A stretch of DNA of 63,442 nucleotides, counting the filler, from Octopus bimaculoides (lineage: Eukaryota): assembly GCF_001194135.2 (NCBI RefSeq). It is 8 parts of 5 records of this genome, joined end to end, with 100 filler letters (N's around TTAATTAATTAA, not from the genome) between each part and the next. Parts side by side here need not be neighbours in the genome. Positions count along the whole stretch, not along the records: positions 23,301 to 28,622 come from NC_068994.1; positions 28,723 to 34,457 come from NC_068991.1; positions 34,558 to 59,869 come from NC_068987.1; 5 more parts are not named here. One strand, 5' to 3'. Both the position numbers and the translations under genes were made by a program. Positions 25,200 through 37,619 of the stretch are shown here, one piece after another; positions within the stretch are counted from its first letter, which is position 1; each line of letters opens with the position of its first letter. The notes under the pieces were generated by a model. The model was not told where the DNA came from and did no database searches. It saw only the letters and a program-made list of their open reading frames with translations.

Positions 25200-27289
25200 N
25201 NNNNNNNNNNNNNNNNNNNNNNNNNNNNNNNNNNNNNNNNNNNNNNNNNNNNNNNNNNNNNNNNNNNNNNNNNNNNNNNNNNNNNNNNNNNNNNNNNNNN
25301 NNNNNNNNNNNNNNNNNNNNNNNNNNNNNNNNNNNNNNNNNNNNNNNNNNNNNNNNNNNNNNNNNNNNNNNNNNNNNNNNNNNNNNNNNNNNNNNNNNNN
25401 NNNNNNNNNNNNNNNNNNNNNNNNNNNNNNNNNNNNNNNNNNNNNNNNNNNNNNNNNNNNNNNNNNNNNNNNNNNNNNNNNNNNNNNNNNNNNNNNNNNN
25501 NNNNNNNNNNNNNNNNNNNNNNNNNNNNNNNNNNNNNNNNNNNNNNNNNNNNNNNNNNNNNNNNNNNNNNNNNNNNNNNNNNNNNNNNNNNNNNNNNNNN
25601 NNNNNNNNNNNNNNNNNNNNNNNNNNNNNNNNNNNNNNNNNNNNNNNNNNNNNNNNNNNNNNNNNNNNNNNNNNNNNNNNNNNNNNNNNNNNNNNNNNNN
25701 NNNNNNNNNNNNNNNNNNNNNNNNNNNNNNNNNNNNNNNNNNNNNNNNNNNNNNNNNNNNNNNNNNNNNNNNNNNNNNNNNNNNNNNNNNNNNNNNNNNN
25801 NNNNNNNNNNNNNNNNNNNNNNNNNNNNNNNNNNNNNNNNNNNNNNNNNNNNNNNNNNNNNNNNNNNNNNNNNNNNNNNNNNNNNNNNNNNNNNNNNNNN
25901 NNNNNNNNNNNNNNNNNNNNNNNNNNNNNNNNNNNNNNNNNNNNNNNNNNNNNNNNNNNNNNNNNNNNNNNNNNNNNNNNNNNNNNNNNNNNNNNNNNNN
26001 NNNNNNNNNNNNNNNNNNNNNNNNNNNNNNNNNNNNNNNNNNNNNNNNNNNNNNNNNNNNNNNNNNNNNNNNNNNNNNNNNNNNNNNNNNNNNNNNNNNN
26101 NNNNNNNNNNNNNNNNNNNNNNNNNNNNNNNNNNNNNNNNNNNNNNCGATGAAAATCCACTATCACATATCGATGAGTTCTTGAAACTTGGTTATTTTCC
26201 CTAAAACTATATATTTTATCTATAAAGCTCAATTTAATTTTAATTTTTTATAAATTGATTTTAATTGAGTTTTTACCTGTAATTTTGGATTTTGTCCCTA
26301 ATATTATTATATATATATATATATATGATGTGTGTGTAGAAGAGATTTAGACACAACTGATCACCGTTACGATTCTTCAAGCTTTTATTGTAGATGAATT
26401 TCAGTCACGCTCTTTTTTGTCCCCATTCCACCCCCTATTCCTTCTTGCAAATTAGTCTGTCTCTCTTCCTCTCATCACTTTCCTCATCACTTTCTCTCTT
26501 TCTTTTCTTTCAGTTAATTTCACTCTTGCTTCTCTCTTTCTCTCCTCCAACTTTCGTCTTTCTCTCTACCCCAATTCTCTCTTCTCTTACCCCTCCCCCA
26601 CTTCGCCTTACTTTCCTTTTTCTCCTAATTTATCTCTCTCTCTCTCTCTCTCTCGTGCGCGTCTCCCTTCCTCTTATCTTACATCATTACGTTATAAAGT
26701 TATTTTCTTTCGTTCTCATTTAAGACGAATATCTCTCGGATATATATAAATATAAATAAAAGTGTGCTGTGTATGTATGTATGTATGTATGTATGTATAT
26801 ACGTACACGCACACACGCGCACATTTTATAACTTTGTTACGAAGCCGCCTAACGCGTTCTCAGGTCGATGACCTGTCTATATTTTACTTATTTTCGTCGT
26901 TTTCACCGACTTAAAGATATATTTCCACGGAAGCTTTTAGAAAGCTGCAGTAGTGCTTGCCGGCCGGTCGCTCGTTTGTTGTTCTTTTATATCTTCAGGT
27001 GAGCCCCTGTTCGAGCCAATCCATGATCAAAAGCATTCCGGCCATGCCCTCTCCGTTAAAAAAAAAAAGAAAATTGTAGACAGTCTGTTATCACATTATT
27101 CAGTGTATACTGCCCTTCTTTCGAGATTTAAGGAAGATTTAGCTGCTATTTGGAGCAAGTGGAGCTATCACGCAAAAGCAACCTTTGGTTAGTTCATCGG
27201 ACGGATGATTCTTTACTTTGGGGGTCCCAGAGCCAGTTTTTATAAATGATAGTGGCACAGAGTTAGGAATGAACTTCCTATGTATTTTA

Positions 27290-27335
27290 TTACAGAGGTC
27301 TGATTCCTCCTCCACAGACATCATCCATCACTTTG
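27290..27335 (-). CDS. Weak candidate terminal exon (xKVMDDVCGGGIRPL*)
   Basis: Acceptor TTTATTTCACAG, short protein-like frame to TAA; no homolog recognised. Confidence 0.2.
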
Positions 27336-28049
27336 CTGTGAAATAAAGACAGCACACGACACGATCGTGACTCATGTTGGCAATCTCGAATATCTTTTCA
27401 CGGGTTTCGAATTTCTAATTGAGCTCCAAAGTGAATTTTGACCGAAACTCATTCAGTCATGACCAACGTCATTTTCCCTGGTATTGCGTATGTAAGGCAA
27501 CATGATATAAATGCATACTTTTTTTTCTCAAGACGGCATTTATAGTGTTGACGATTTGACTGTTGTTTCTAGTCAATCAAACTATTACGAAGAGCAATTC
27601 CTGATTAGCCAGTTAAATTTTTTTTTTTTATATTTTACGACTGACATTAAAGAGAATGTTGTGTTGTGTATTTTGGTTTTGTTAGAACCGAAAACACTAC
27701 TAGTCGAAGTCATCCTATCTTGTCTCCAAACGATTTTTACATAACCCACATATAAATTTATATATATATATATATACACTCCTTTCTACGCATGTTGTGT
27801 CCTCTGGTATTCTCTCCCATATACACTCTCCCTGCTGGCTTTTACGAACGGTTATTAAGGTCGAATGTCGTCCATATTGATCTCTCCGACCTGGAAGGAG
27901 CGACATAGGTCCATTCATCGTGACCTTTTTCATGTCTGACTAGAATATGCATCATCATGTGGTGAAATAATTAAAAAAAAAATAATTTAACAATGCCTTG
28001 ATTTTTTGATTTACATCACTTATCACTTTTAATATAATTTCAACTATAG

Positions 28050-28232
28050 GTAATGGGCATGGAATTTTATGTGGTGGGGGCTAGCCGATTACATCGACTG
28101 GTATTTATATTATTGACCTCGAAAGGATGAAGTCGACCTCGGTGACATTTGAACTCAGTACGTAATGCCGGAAGAAATACCTCTAAGCAATTTGTCTGGT
28201 GTGCTAACGATTCTGCCAGCTCGGCGCCTTTA
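28050..28232 (-). mobile_element. SINE family C
   Basis: Colinear with 3751-3960 (CGATTACATCGAC, GAAAGGATGA, CTAACGATTCTGCCAGCTC). Confidence 0.75.
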
Positions 28233-28332
28233 TTACTTTGAAATATCACAACCTGCTTCAGGCAACCCGTACTAGATAAATTAATAAATAGAATTTCATA
28301 TTTGAATTTCACTCGTAATCAAAATCTTTTGA

Positions 28333-28379
28333 GATTATGTAGTGAGATCTCATTCGGTCATTACCATCATCAGATAACC
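28333..28379 (-). ncRNA. Hammerhead-ribozyme-like motif, non-canonical at 15.1/16.1
   Basis: GGUUAU-CUGAUGA-U-GGU(AAUG)ACC-GAA-UGAGAUCUCA-CUAC-AUAAUC: perfect core, stem II, palindromic stem III, 6-bp stem I. Confidence 0.35.
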
Positions 28380-28556
28380 GATACTCAACACACACACACA
28401 CACATATAAAACAACTTAATATACTGTTTGGTGTGTTTTACTCAAGCTTTTTCGAAAATCTTTAAGAATTGAAACCACAAGGGTCGTATACTAAGACATA
28501 TCGTAGATAAATTACAAATTGTTTGAGGCTATCATCACATCTTTGCTTAAACGTAC

Positions 28557-28622
<66 letters not shown>

Positions 28623-28722
28623 NNNNNNNNNNNNNNNNNNNNNNNNNNNNNNNNNNNNNNNNNNNNTTAATTAATTAANNNNNNNNNNNNNNNNNNNNNN
28701 NNNNNNNNNNNNNNNNNNNNNN

Positions 28723-28948
28723 AAAAGACACCATTTCGAGCGTGGCCGTTTTCGTGCGGGTGACACGTAAAAGCACCCACTACACTCTCTGAGTGGTTGG
28801 CGTTAGGAAGGGCATCCAGCTGTAGAAACTCTGCCAAATTATATTGGAGCCTGGTGTTGCCATCCGGTTTCACCAGTCCTCAGTCAAATCGTCCAACCCA
28901 TGCTAGCATGGAAAGCGGACGTTAAACGATGATGATGATGATGATGAT
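28723..28948 (+). mobile_element. Young SINE family D, truncated by join
   Basis: Near-identical to the 3-prime part of 23301-23637. Confidence 0.85.
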
Positions 28949-30111
28949 ATTAGTATTTTAGGTTAAAGTGATATTACTAAGGGGAAATGTGTGTGTGTGC
29001 TTGTTCTTGTCTTTGTGTTTGCGTGCTTGTTCTCATTTGTGTGTCTTGTCTGTTTGTCTGTGTATCCTGTCTCTGTGTGTGCGTGATACAGACAAGAACA
29101 CAGACACAGAGACAATAACAAGCACGTACACACAGAGAAGAGCAAGCACGCACACACACACACTGACATGGACAATGACGCACACACGACCCATTAGCTT
29201 TCTTCTTCTCCCATTTTAGCAACTGTCACAAAAGTCAGGAAGACATCTGAAGTGAATTGTCGAGTAGTCACGGAAACAGTCGAATGTTTGTTTTGATTTT
29301 GTGAAGTTATATCGAAGGAACGCCAAATATTTATCTGTCTATTTATTCAATTAATTACTTTTAATGTTAATTAAGAGGTGGCATGGTGGTGGTAGTGGTT
29401 TAAGCTATAATAGAATGAAGGGAGGTAACTCTGGCTTATTGAGGTCTATAATTATATAATGATATACTCAAAAATTTGGGTCCATTATTCAATCAACTTA
29501 TCAATCAGCCAACCACTTAATTAATCAATCAATTTATTAGTTCTGTAATGGGGTTGCATATCAATGTCTGAATCCATATATACACACATGCACATACAAT
29601 ATATACATACATATATACAACCATATATATATATACAACCATATATATATANNNNNNNNNNNNNNNNNNNNNNNNNNNNNNNNNNNNNNNNNNNNNNNNN
29701 NNNNNNNNNNNNNNNNNNNNNNNNNNNNNNNNNNNNNNNNNNNNNNNNNNNNNNNNNNNNNNNNNNNNNNNNNNNNNNNNNNNNNNNNNNNNNNNNNNNN
29801 NNNNNNNNNNNNNNNNNNNNNNNNNNNNNNNNNNNNNNNNNNNNNNNNNNNNNNNNNNNNNNNNNNNNNNNNNNNNNNNNNNNNNNNNNNNNNNNNNNNN
29901 NNNNNNNNNNNNNNNNNNNNNNNNNNNNNNNNNNNNNNNNNNNNNNNNNNNNNNNNNNNNNNNNNNNNNNNNNNNNNNNNNNNNNNNNNNNNNNNNNNNN
30001 NNNNNNNNNNNNNNNNNNNNNNNNNNNNNNNNNNNNNNNNNNACCAAAAGAGAATGGCGACGAATGGAAACAGGCTCCTTTTAACGCATCGCACGATCGA
30101 CACAAAACATA

Positions 30112-31027
30112 TGTAACATAAGAGGGCTCACATGTGAAATACGAGGAAATGCCAGCAAGGAAAGATCAAGACACAACCGTTAGATATATATATAGAGAGA
30201 GAGAAAATTTACTAGGGTAGTCAGCTGTGTCTGTGTGCGCGTGCATGCGGCAATATAAATAATAACACAATATATAAGACAGGCCGTCGTGTACAAGAGT
30301 GTGTATACATAATATGTGTGTGTGTGAATGAGAAATACAGAGAATGGAATAAGAGTCTGTAATATAGACTATAAGCATCCTGAATACAAAGATAGGGAAA
30401 TACCAGTTCATAGTAGATAGAATGTCTGTACACAAGAGGTTGTGGCCAAATAGCAGAGCTGAAGTGTCACATGTTGTGAGTGAAGTTGAGGCTTCGATGC
30501 TGTAACCGGTTACTTGGTATAGAAGATTCTCGCAGGTTGTTCTGGCTGTTCTTTCGTGGTGGAAACATTCCACACAAACAGTGTTGAGATGGAACCACGG
30601 TTGTTGTTGGTAGTGTGTACTAGTGGTGGCATCGTGTTGGCGCTGGCGACGTGATTGTAGCAGATAGTAGAACGGTGGTGTTGACGTCGTTGCTGGAAAC
30701 TGGCTGGAACTGCGTTCTGTGTGATGGTCAACGACCAGACCTGTGAGAGGTCTGAAATCGAAGACCAACTGGCGTGGATAAAGCAGGCTTATTTATGGAG
30801 AAAAAGAGGCTCCAGAAACAGCAGAAAAACACTCTCTCACATGACCTTATCAGAAGGCCACGATTGGTTGATGTTCACCCTGGCGCGAAACAGAATTGGA
30901 GACAAATGCCGCGCAAATAAGAACCAATCAGGGTGATGGACACAGCAGGATCCAGGGCGGGCCGAAGGCTAGATGTTACCCACTACGTTCGCATTTGTAA
31001 ATAAATACCTGAGAGAGAGGTTTCACT

Positions 31028-31030
<3 letters not shown>
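30112..31030 (-). mobile_element. Probable solo LTR (about 920 bp)
   Basis: TGTA...TACA termini; on minus strand, CCAAT boxes (30924-30928, 30863-30867), TATA-like ATAAATAA (30789-30796) and poly(A)-like AGTAAA (30208-30213) occur in U3-R-U5 order; possible CATA TSD blurred by (CA) slippage. Confidence 0.55.
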
Positions 31031-31060
<30 letters not shown>

Positions 31061-31061
<1 letters not shown>

Positions 31062-33076
31062 TATTTATATTATTATATGATCGAATGCCACACATCCTTT
31101 TCCAAGTAAGTCTTATCTTGATAATTACGATGCGCATTCTTCTTCTATCTCTATCTCTCTCCCTCTCTTGTTCTTCATCCTTTCTTCTTTCTCTCCCATC
31201 CTTTCCCTATTCTTCTCCTCTCCCCTTCACCGTTCCCTCTCTCTCTCACTCTTCCTCCTTGACTCTCTTGTTTGTATTGTTATTTTTTCTACTTAGATAG
31301 AAGGTGTCTAGTTTTCTATTGTTAATTGAGGAGATGATGGTAGCTAGGTTATGTGTTAGACTATATTCCATTCTTATTGTTTTGTTATTGATTATCTCCC
31401 AGTATTTGTTTTTTCCATTTGTAAACTGTTAATTAAACTAAAAATTGTTTTAACTATGTTATTCTTGATTTGCTTAGTGAAAGGGATTATTAGCCATATA
31501 TTATCTATTTCATTATTTCCCTTATTAGGGTTACTTATATTGTGTAAATTCTGTTATTATTATTTTTATTTTTAATAATACTGTTTTTGTTATAATTTTT
31601 CCTATTATTACTAATGATTTTATTATTGTTATTATTGTTGTTGTTATTATGTCTATTATTATTTTTTATGGGTTGTCTTATCGTATTTTTAATATTTATT
31701 ATTATTATTATTATTATATTTATCTTTGGTAGTGTTATATTTGTCTAAATTTTGTGAGTTGGAGGTAGTTACTCTATCCTGGCTATTATAGCTAATATTA
31801 TTGGGGAGGTATTTAATTTTACCTTTATATCCTGCATTTTTTTAAATGCTATATTGTAATTTTCCTTATGTTTATTAAATATCTCTTCATTAGAGGAGAG
31901 GTTTGAAATTCTTTTACTTATATTTAGTAGTATGGCTTTTTTTATTTGCGAGGGATGGTTACTAGAATTATTTATATATCTTAATGTATAGTTTTCTTTT
32001 GTATAAGTCTCATGGAGTTCAGTATTTAGGTTACAATTTGCATCTAAATAGCTTACAGAATGGTCTTCATTTTCTATAATTATGGATAGGCCAAACCAAT
32101 TATAGAATTTATGCCAACACTTTTTAAGCAGTTCAAGACGTCTATTTGAAAGGTTCTTAACTAAGAATAGTGCGTCATCCTTATACAGACCTCCTGTTAA
32201 CTCAGGGAATTCTCTACCTATATTATCTAAGATATATAGACCTACCAGGTGTGTCACTTCTGCTGAGTCTGACGATCCCATTGTATCTTTTCTAGCCCAT
32301 AATTTGTTATCAAATTCGATAACAGTCTTACGGGCAGTATCACTTTTATCACCCTCATACTTAGATTAGTGTATCTCCTTGCGAAGATGAGAGCGCTATT
32401 AAGGACAATAGGGCTTATAGATGCATAATAATTCTGTATATCAATTTGTATTAATTTTTGGTTATATTTATTTCCTATCTGTATATTGGAAAAGCAATCT
32501 AATGCACCTTGTGTGTTTTTCCATAGATGCAGTTTAACTTTATTTTTAAATGGTGGTAGGTATGTATCTAATATTATTTTACTAAGTTTACCTGTGTCAG
32601 ATTTGTTGGAACATATTGGTCTAACCTGTGCTTTGTTAGGGAAGTTTTCTTTGTGGTCCTTAATTGTTATGCATGGTCTAATAGGAGTAAACGGTTCTGT
32701 TTTATCACCTAAATTAAAATCTATCATAATATTTCTGGCTTCTAGGTTTATCTTTCTTAGTGTGGTATCAGGTACTACCTTATATCTTTTTGTGATTTCC
32801 CAATGTATGAGTTCCTGGTATGTGTTGGGGTCAATATTATATGTTTCTAGTTTTATCTGAATGTGTTAAAATACTATTTTTGGTATCAAATGTTCTTACA
32901 AGTGCTTTCAATTTTCTCTGGTAAGGATTATGTCTGAGGGGATGGTTTTTAAACTTGATGTTTTTTATGGTACTCCAAAGTTCTTGTTCAAAGTTATCCA
33001 GGTGCTTGTTAGCTGGTGGTGCTTTTCTGGATTTGAATATATGTTTAGTAAGTTCCAATATTCCATCCCCACACAT
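31061..33076 (-). mobile_element. Penelope-like retroelement (Hydra-clade-like RT), frameshifted pseudogene
   Basis: FKSRKAPP...FEQEL...IKNIKF...SDKTRNI; ITIKDHKENFPNKAQVRPI..KSDTGKLSKIILD...LWKNTQ...IDIQNYYASI; MGSSDSAEVTHLVGLYIL...GLYKDDAL...YLDA...YINNSSNHPSQI; then IWLIIPF...INNKTIRMEYS...IISSINNRKL. Confidence 0.85.
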
Positions 33077-33240
33077 TCACACCTACATACACATATGCAT
33101 ACGTTAAGATTACCAGCATTCTCTCACACACACGCACCTTCGTTTGGGGATCACTACTTCTTTGTAATCTCCCCTTCTTCTTAACTCTCCTGTGTGACCC
33201 TTCTGTCCGGTATTCGCCATGATAGATCGCTGACCACTAC

Positions 33241-33402
33241 ACATATATTATTTTTCTCTCCTTGTTTCCTTCTGTGTTCCTTTCTGTTGAAGAGCATAGG
33301 CTCAAAACAAAGACTTTCTCTATTCCCGAGCGTTATACTAATACATCCATTTGTTGTTTACACCACCTGCCTTCATCTGTTGTTTTTTCGCGAATTCTCC
33401 TA
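33241..33402 (+). mobile_element. Family F short repeat, inverted relative to the PLE RT (probable pseudo-LTR), with decayed hammerhead
   Basis: CTGTTGA-A-GAGC(ATAG)GCTC-AAAAC-AAAGAC at 33284-33314; aligns to reverse complements of 34558-34690 and 57025-57094. Confidence 0.6.
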
Positions 33403-33472
33403 TATATCTATATATATATGTATGTATATGTGTGTGTATATATATGTGTGTATATATATAGGTATATATAAA

Positions 33473-33553
<81 letters not shown>

Positions 33554-33596
33554 CTGTATATATGTGTGTTTATATATATGTGTGTGATTATTATAT

Positions 33597-34346
33597 ATGG
33601 ATGAGGAAATATCTTTCAGGTTGCAGAGAGCAACTAATTCCTTCAGGTCTCTTCAGTCTCGTGTCTGGTCCCAGTATGGCATCTCAAGGCAATCAAAAGT
33701 TGCTGTGTACTGTGCATGTGTACTGACATCGCTCCTCTACTCATGTGAGACATGGACTCTGTACAAACGTCAGGTGAGGGTCCTTGAACGCTTTCATCAG
33801 AGATGTCTCAGACACATTCTCAATGTTGGCTGGACCTCAAAAATTCCAGACACACAGGACAGCTGATATCTTGAGTATTGAGGCAATGGTGCACAAGTAC
33901 CAGTTACGTTGGACTGGACACCTTATCCGAATGAAGAATAGCAGGATTCCTAAGCAGATGCTATATGGAGAACTTGTGAATGGAAGGAGACTGCGGCAGG
34001 AGTCAAGGCTGCGATTTAAGGACCGTGTCAAGTCCTCATTAAAGGCCTGTGATATTCAGGGCACTAACTGGGAGAACAATGCCTGTCATCGCCACAGATG
34101 GAGGAAGCAGGTTAAGGAGGGAATCAACACTTTTGTGAGAGAACGTATCCAGCGTGAAGAACTTAAGCGAGCTGCGCGAATGGAGAAAGCTTGGTCTGCA
34201 ATGTTTGCAGTCGTGTATGCTTCTCAAGAGCAGTCTCATTAGCCACCAACGGAGCTGCAAATGCAAAATATAAGTTAGTCCTAGAGCGCACAATGTTCCT
34301 GAAGGTCAGCAATGGTCTTCTTCGGTAACGAGTGGACAGCCATCAT
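33597..34346 (+). mobile_element. RTE-clade (BovB-like) LINE, 5-prime truncated, frameshifted
   Basis: DEEISFRLQRATNSF...LLYSCETWTLY...LERFHQRCLRHIL; LRWTGHLIRM...RIPKQMLYGEL...RLRFKD; C-terminal CxxC zinc-finger remnant (CNVCSRVC) and GGACAGCCATCAT end. Confidence 0.9.
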
Positions 34347-34361
34347 GTGTATCTGTATGTA

Positions 34362-34408
<47 letters not shown>

Positions 34409-34557
34409 TATATATGTATGTGTGTGTATGTATATATATATGTGTGTGTGTGTGTGTNNNNNNNNNNNNNNNNNNNNNNNNNNNNNNNNNNNNNNNNNNN
34501 NTTAATTAATTAANNNNNNNNNNNNNNNNNNNNNNNNNNNNNNNNNNNNNNNNNNNN

Positions 34558-34690
34558 GACAGGTGGTGTAAATAACAAAAGTATATATTAGTATGACGCT
34601 CGGGAATACGGAAAGTCTTTGACGTTTCGAGCTACGCTCTTCAACAGAAAGAATACGGAGACAAGGAGAAAAACACGGAGAAAAAAAATT
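34558..34690 (-). mobile_element. Family F short repeat, best-preserved copy
   Basis: Homologous to 33250-33370; first 37 nt identical to 57057-57094. Confidence 0.7.
34616..34652 (-). ncRNA. Minimal type I hammerhead-ribozyme-like motif with CUGUUGA core
   Basis: UCUUU-CUGUUGA-A-GAGC(GUA)GCUC-GAAAC-GUC-AAAGA: 5-bp stem I, 4-bp stem II, loopless stem III and GUC cleavage triplet, the architecture of PLE-associated minimal hammerheads. Confidence 0.65.
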
Positions 34691-35548
34691 GATATATATA
34701 CATATATGTATATATGCATGTAAATATATATATTTACATATCTATATATAAATACATACACATACATATATATGCATACATAATACATATACATATATAT
34801 AAATATATACATAATGCCTATATACATATGCACAGCCATCTATTTATCTACCTATCAATCTATTCATGTATGTATGTATGTATGTATGTATGTATGTATG
34901 TATCTATCTATCTATCTATCTTTTTAACTAGCTCTATATATGTAAGTGAAGATGTTTGCGCGTACATATCTGATCATGTTTATGACACGAGTTATATTTC
35001 GCTAACTTCATTCCCTTTCATCTTTTCAATTGGTCTTCAATCTTCTCACTTTTCACTACCAGTTTGCTTACTCTTGAAAAAATATCATATGTTAAAGTTG
35101 CGCTTCATTGCTTTACGTCCTTACCTTCCCATTCCCATCTTAAGCAATTTATCCCGGGTTCTTTGACTCATCTATGTCTGTTTGCCGTGTTACCTACCAT
35201 CTATCTTTAACTCAATTCCTATAATTCCTTCAATACACCGCATCGCCAACCGTCACATTTTTATTAATTATTTTCAAGTTTATATGCGATAGGTGTATAT
35301 ATATATATATATATATATATANNNNNNNNNNNNNNNNNNNNNNNNNNNNNNNNNNNNNNNNNNNNNNNNNNNNNNNNNNNNNNNNNNNNNNNNNNNNNNN
35401 NNNNNNNNNNNNNNNNNNNNNNNNNNNNNNNNNNNNNNNNNNNNNNNNNNNNNNNNNNNNNNNNNNNNNNNNNNNNNNNNNNNNNNNNNNNNNNNNNNNN
35501 NNNNNNNNNNNNNNNNNNNNNNNNNNNNNNNNNNNNNNNNNNNNNNNN

Positions 35549-35590
<42 letters not shown>

Positions 35591-36021
35591 TAAACGTACA
35601 CGCGCGCTCAGTTGTATGTCGCTGAATGGAAATCACTTTAGTGCATCACTTTTCATACGAATGAAAATAATGTGTGCTCTCACACATGTAATATAGTTGA
35701 ACGAAAATCTTTGATCATGTGGTATCTAAGCTATTATTAGACAGAAATTCATTTAAAGAGACTGAGAAATTTGAATCACGGGGATACAATTCCAAGGAGA
35801 CTTGTCGATTCAAATATGTGGACAGTAAAATTTATGCAGTTGGCTTTAAGGACCAGACCCGCTCAACACATTGATATAACGTTGATTCCGCCACAATACG
35901 CAGTGTTGATTGTCAAACCTATTGACATGTTCTACAGCAAATTATCACAAGAAATTGAAACGAATTTAACGCAAGTGATGATATAAGGTTACACTCACAC
36001 GTAGACACACACATGTAGCTG

Positions 36022-36063
<42 letters not shown>

Positions 36064-36688
36064 ATCAGATCTGTATTCACATTGATCACTGTTAGTTTCG
36101 CCAACTTAATAGTATGTTCCTCACTAAAGAGGTCCGATGCTTATTCTCGTTGGCTTTAAAGACCGGGTCCGTGCTAATTTTCAATGTGTATAGTTCTGGA
36201 ATTTCCATCACTTGATATTGTTGAAATGTTCTCTTCTCTAGACGATCTTTGCTTCAATAATTTCTTTCATTTGAATTTTTAACCTTAAAATATTACGTTT
36301 GCAAGACGTCAGCGAGGTATACTAATTAACCTGTGGTATCTTCACCATCAGCCATATTTTCCCACCCCTGTTTTGTAAATTACTCCCCCTAAACATACCG
36401 AGTAAAGATTGATGTCTTTTTGGGCCGGCGAAAGAGCTACGTTGTCTTTACGTTTTTGCCCATTCTGCAATAAGACCCCTATAGAATACACATTATATAG
36501 TCTATGTAATACTTAAGTATTACTCCAAGTGTGACTAACGGACGTCATGTAAACGGGTGTATTTTCATTTGAGCATAGAGTTTACTCAATTAGAGGTTGA
36601 CTCCAGACTGAGCAACATAATCAAAGCAACAAAACAACAAAATCAATAGTAATAACAGCACCAGATTCAACATCGCTGTCGCTAAATC

Positions 36689-36792
36689 CACCACCACCAC
36701 CACCACCACCACCACCACCACAACTACAACCACAAATACCACCACCACCATCACAGCAGACAACAACAACAACAACAGCATCAGCAACAGCA
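36689..36792. repeat. Compound (ACC)/(AAC)/(AGC) microsatellite
   Basis: Read directly. Confidence 0.9.
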
Positions 36793-37586
36793 ATTTTATT
36801 AATGATACCTATTCAGCCCTTTTCTACGTAAATTTATGTAATGGTCCTTGGTATATGAAATTGAGAAATTTCTCAGAAGTTTTTTCTTTCTTTTTTTCAT
36901 CAGAGATTTTGTTTTATTTCACGTTTCGTTTTCTTTTATTGGTTTTCTTTTTCTTTTCACTAGCAAAGAAATCTCAACTTGGGATTTAATATTGTTATAC
37001 ATATATATATATATATCCATGTGTGTGCATGCGTGTATCAGCATGTGTGTGCGTGTGTGTGCATGTGTGTGTGTGTGTGTGTGTGTATGGAGACAATAGA
37101 TACGCTATATTTTTCTCTGTTTTCTACACCTTCCTCCCTACAGCCCAAAATATATTACTGGCGGCGATGATAGGTTTTGCATGTTTTCGAATGTTTTATA
37201 CATACATACATACATCTGTATTTATATACACATATATATACATATATACATATACAGACATACATACATATATNNNNNNNNNNNNNNNNNNNNNNNNNNN
37301 NNNNNNNNNNNNNNNNNNNNNNNNNNNNNNNNNNNNNNNNNNNNNNNNNNNNNNNNNNNNNNNNNNNNNNNNNNNNNNNNNNNNNNNNNNNNNNNNNNNN
37401 NNNNNNNNNNNNNNNNNNNNNNNNNNNNNNNNNNNNNNNNNNNNNNNNNNNNNNNNNNNNNNNNNNNNNNNNNNNNNNNNNNNNNNNNNNNNNNNNNNNN
37501 NNNNNNNNNNNNNNNNNNNNNNNNNNNNNNNNNNNNNNNNNNNNNNNNNNNNNNNNNNNNNNNNNNNNNNNNNNNNNNNNNNNNNN

Positions 37587-37619
<33 letters not shown>

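Noticed and set aside
26953-27192. 79-aa plus-strand ORF after a TCTTCAG acceptor
   Set aside because: Runs through an A11 tract, no donor or homology, and overlaps the putative UTR of an opposite-strand candidate.
30055-30063. TGGCGACGA as an LTR primer-binding site
   Set aside because: Wrong strand and about 50 nt from the inferred LTR end.
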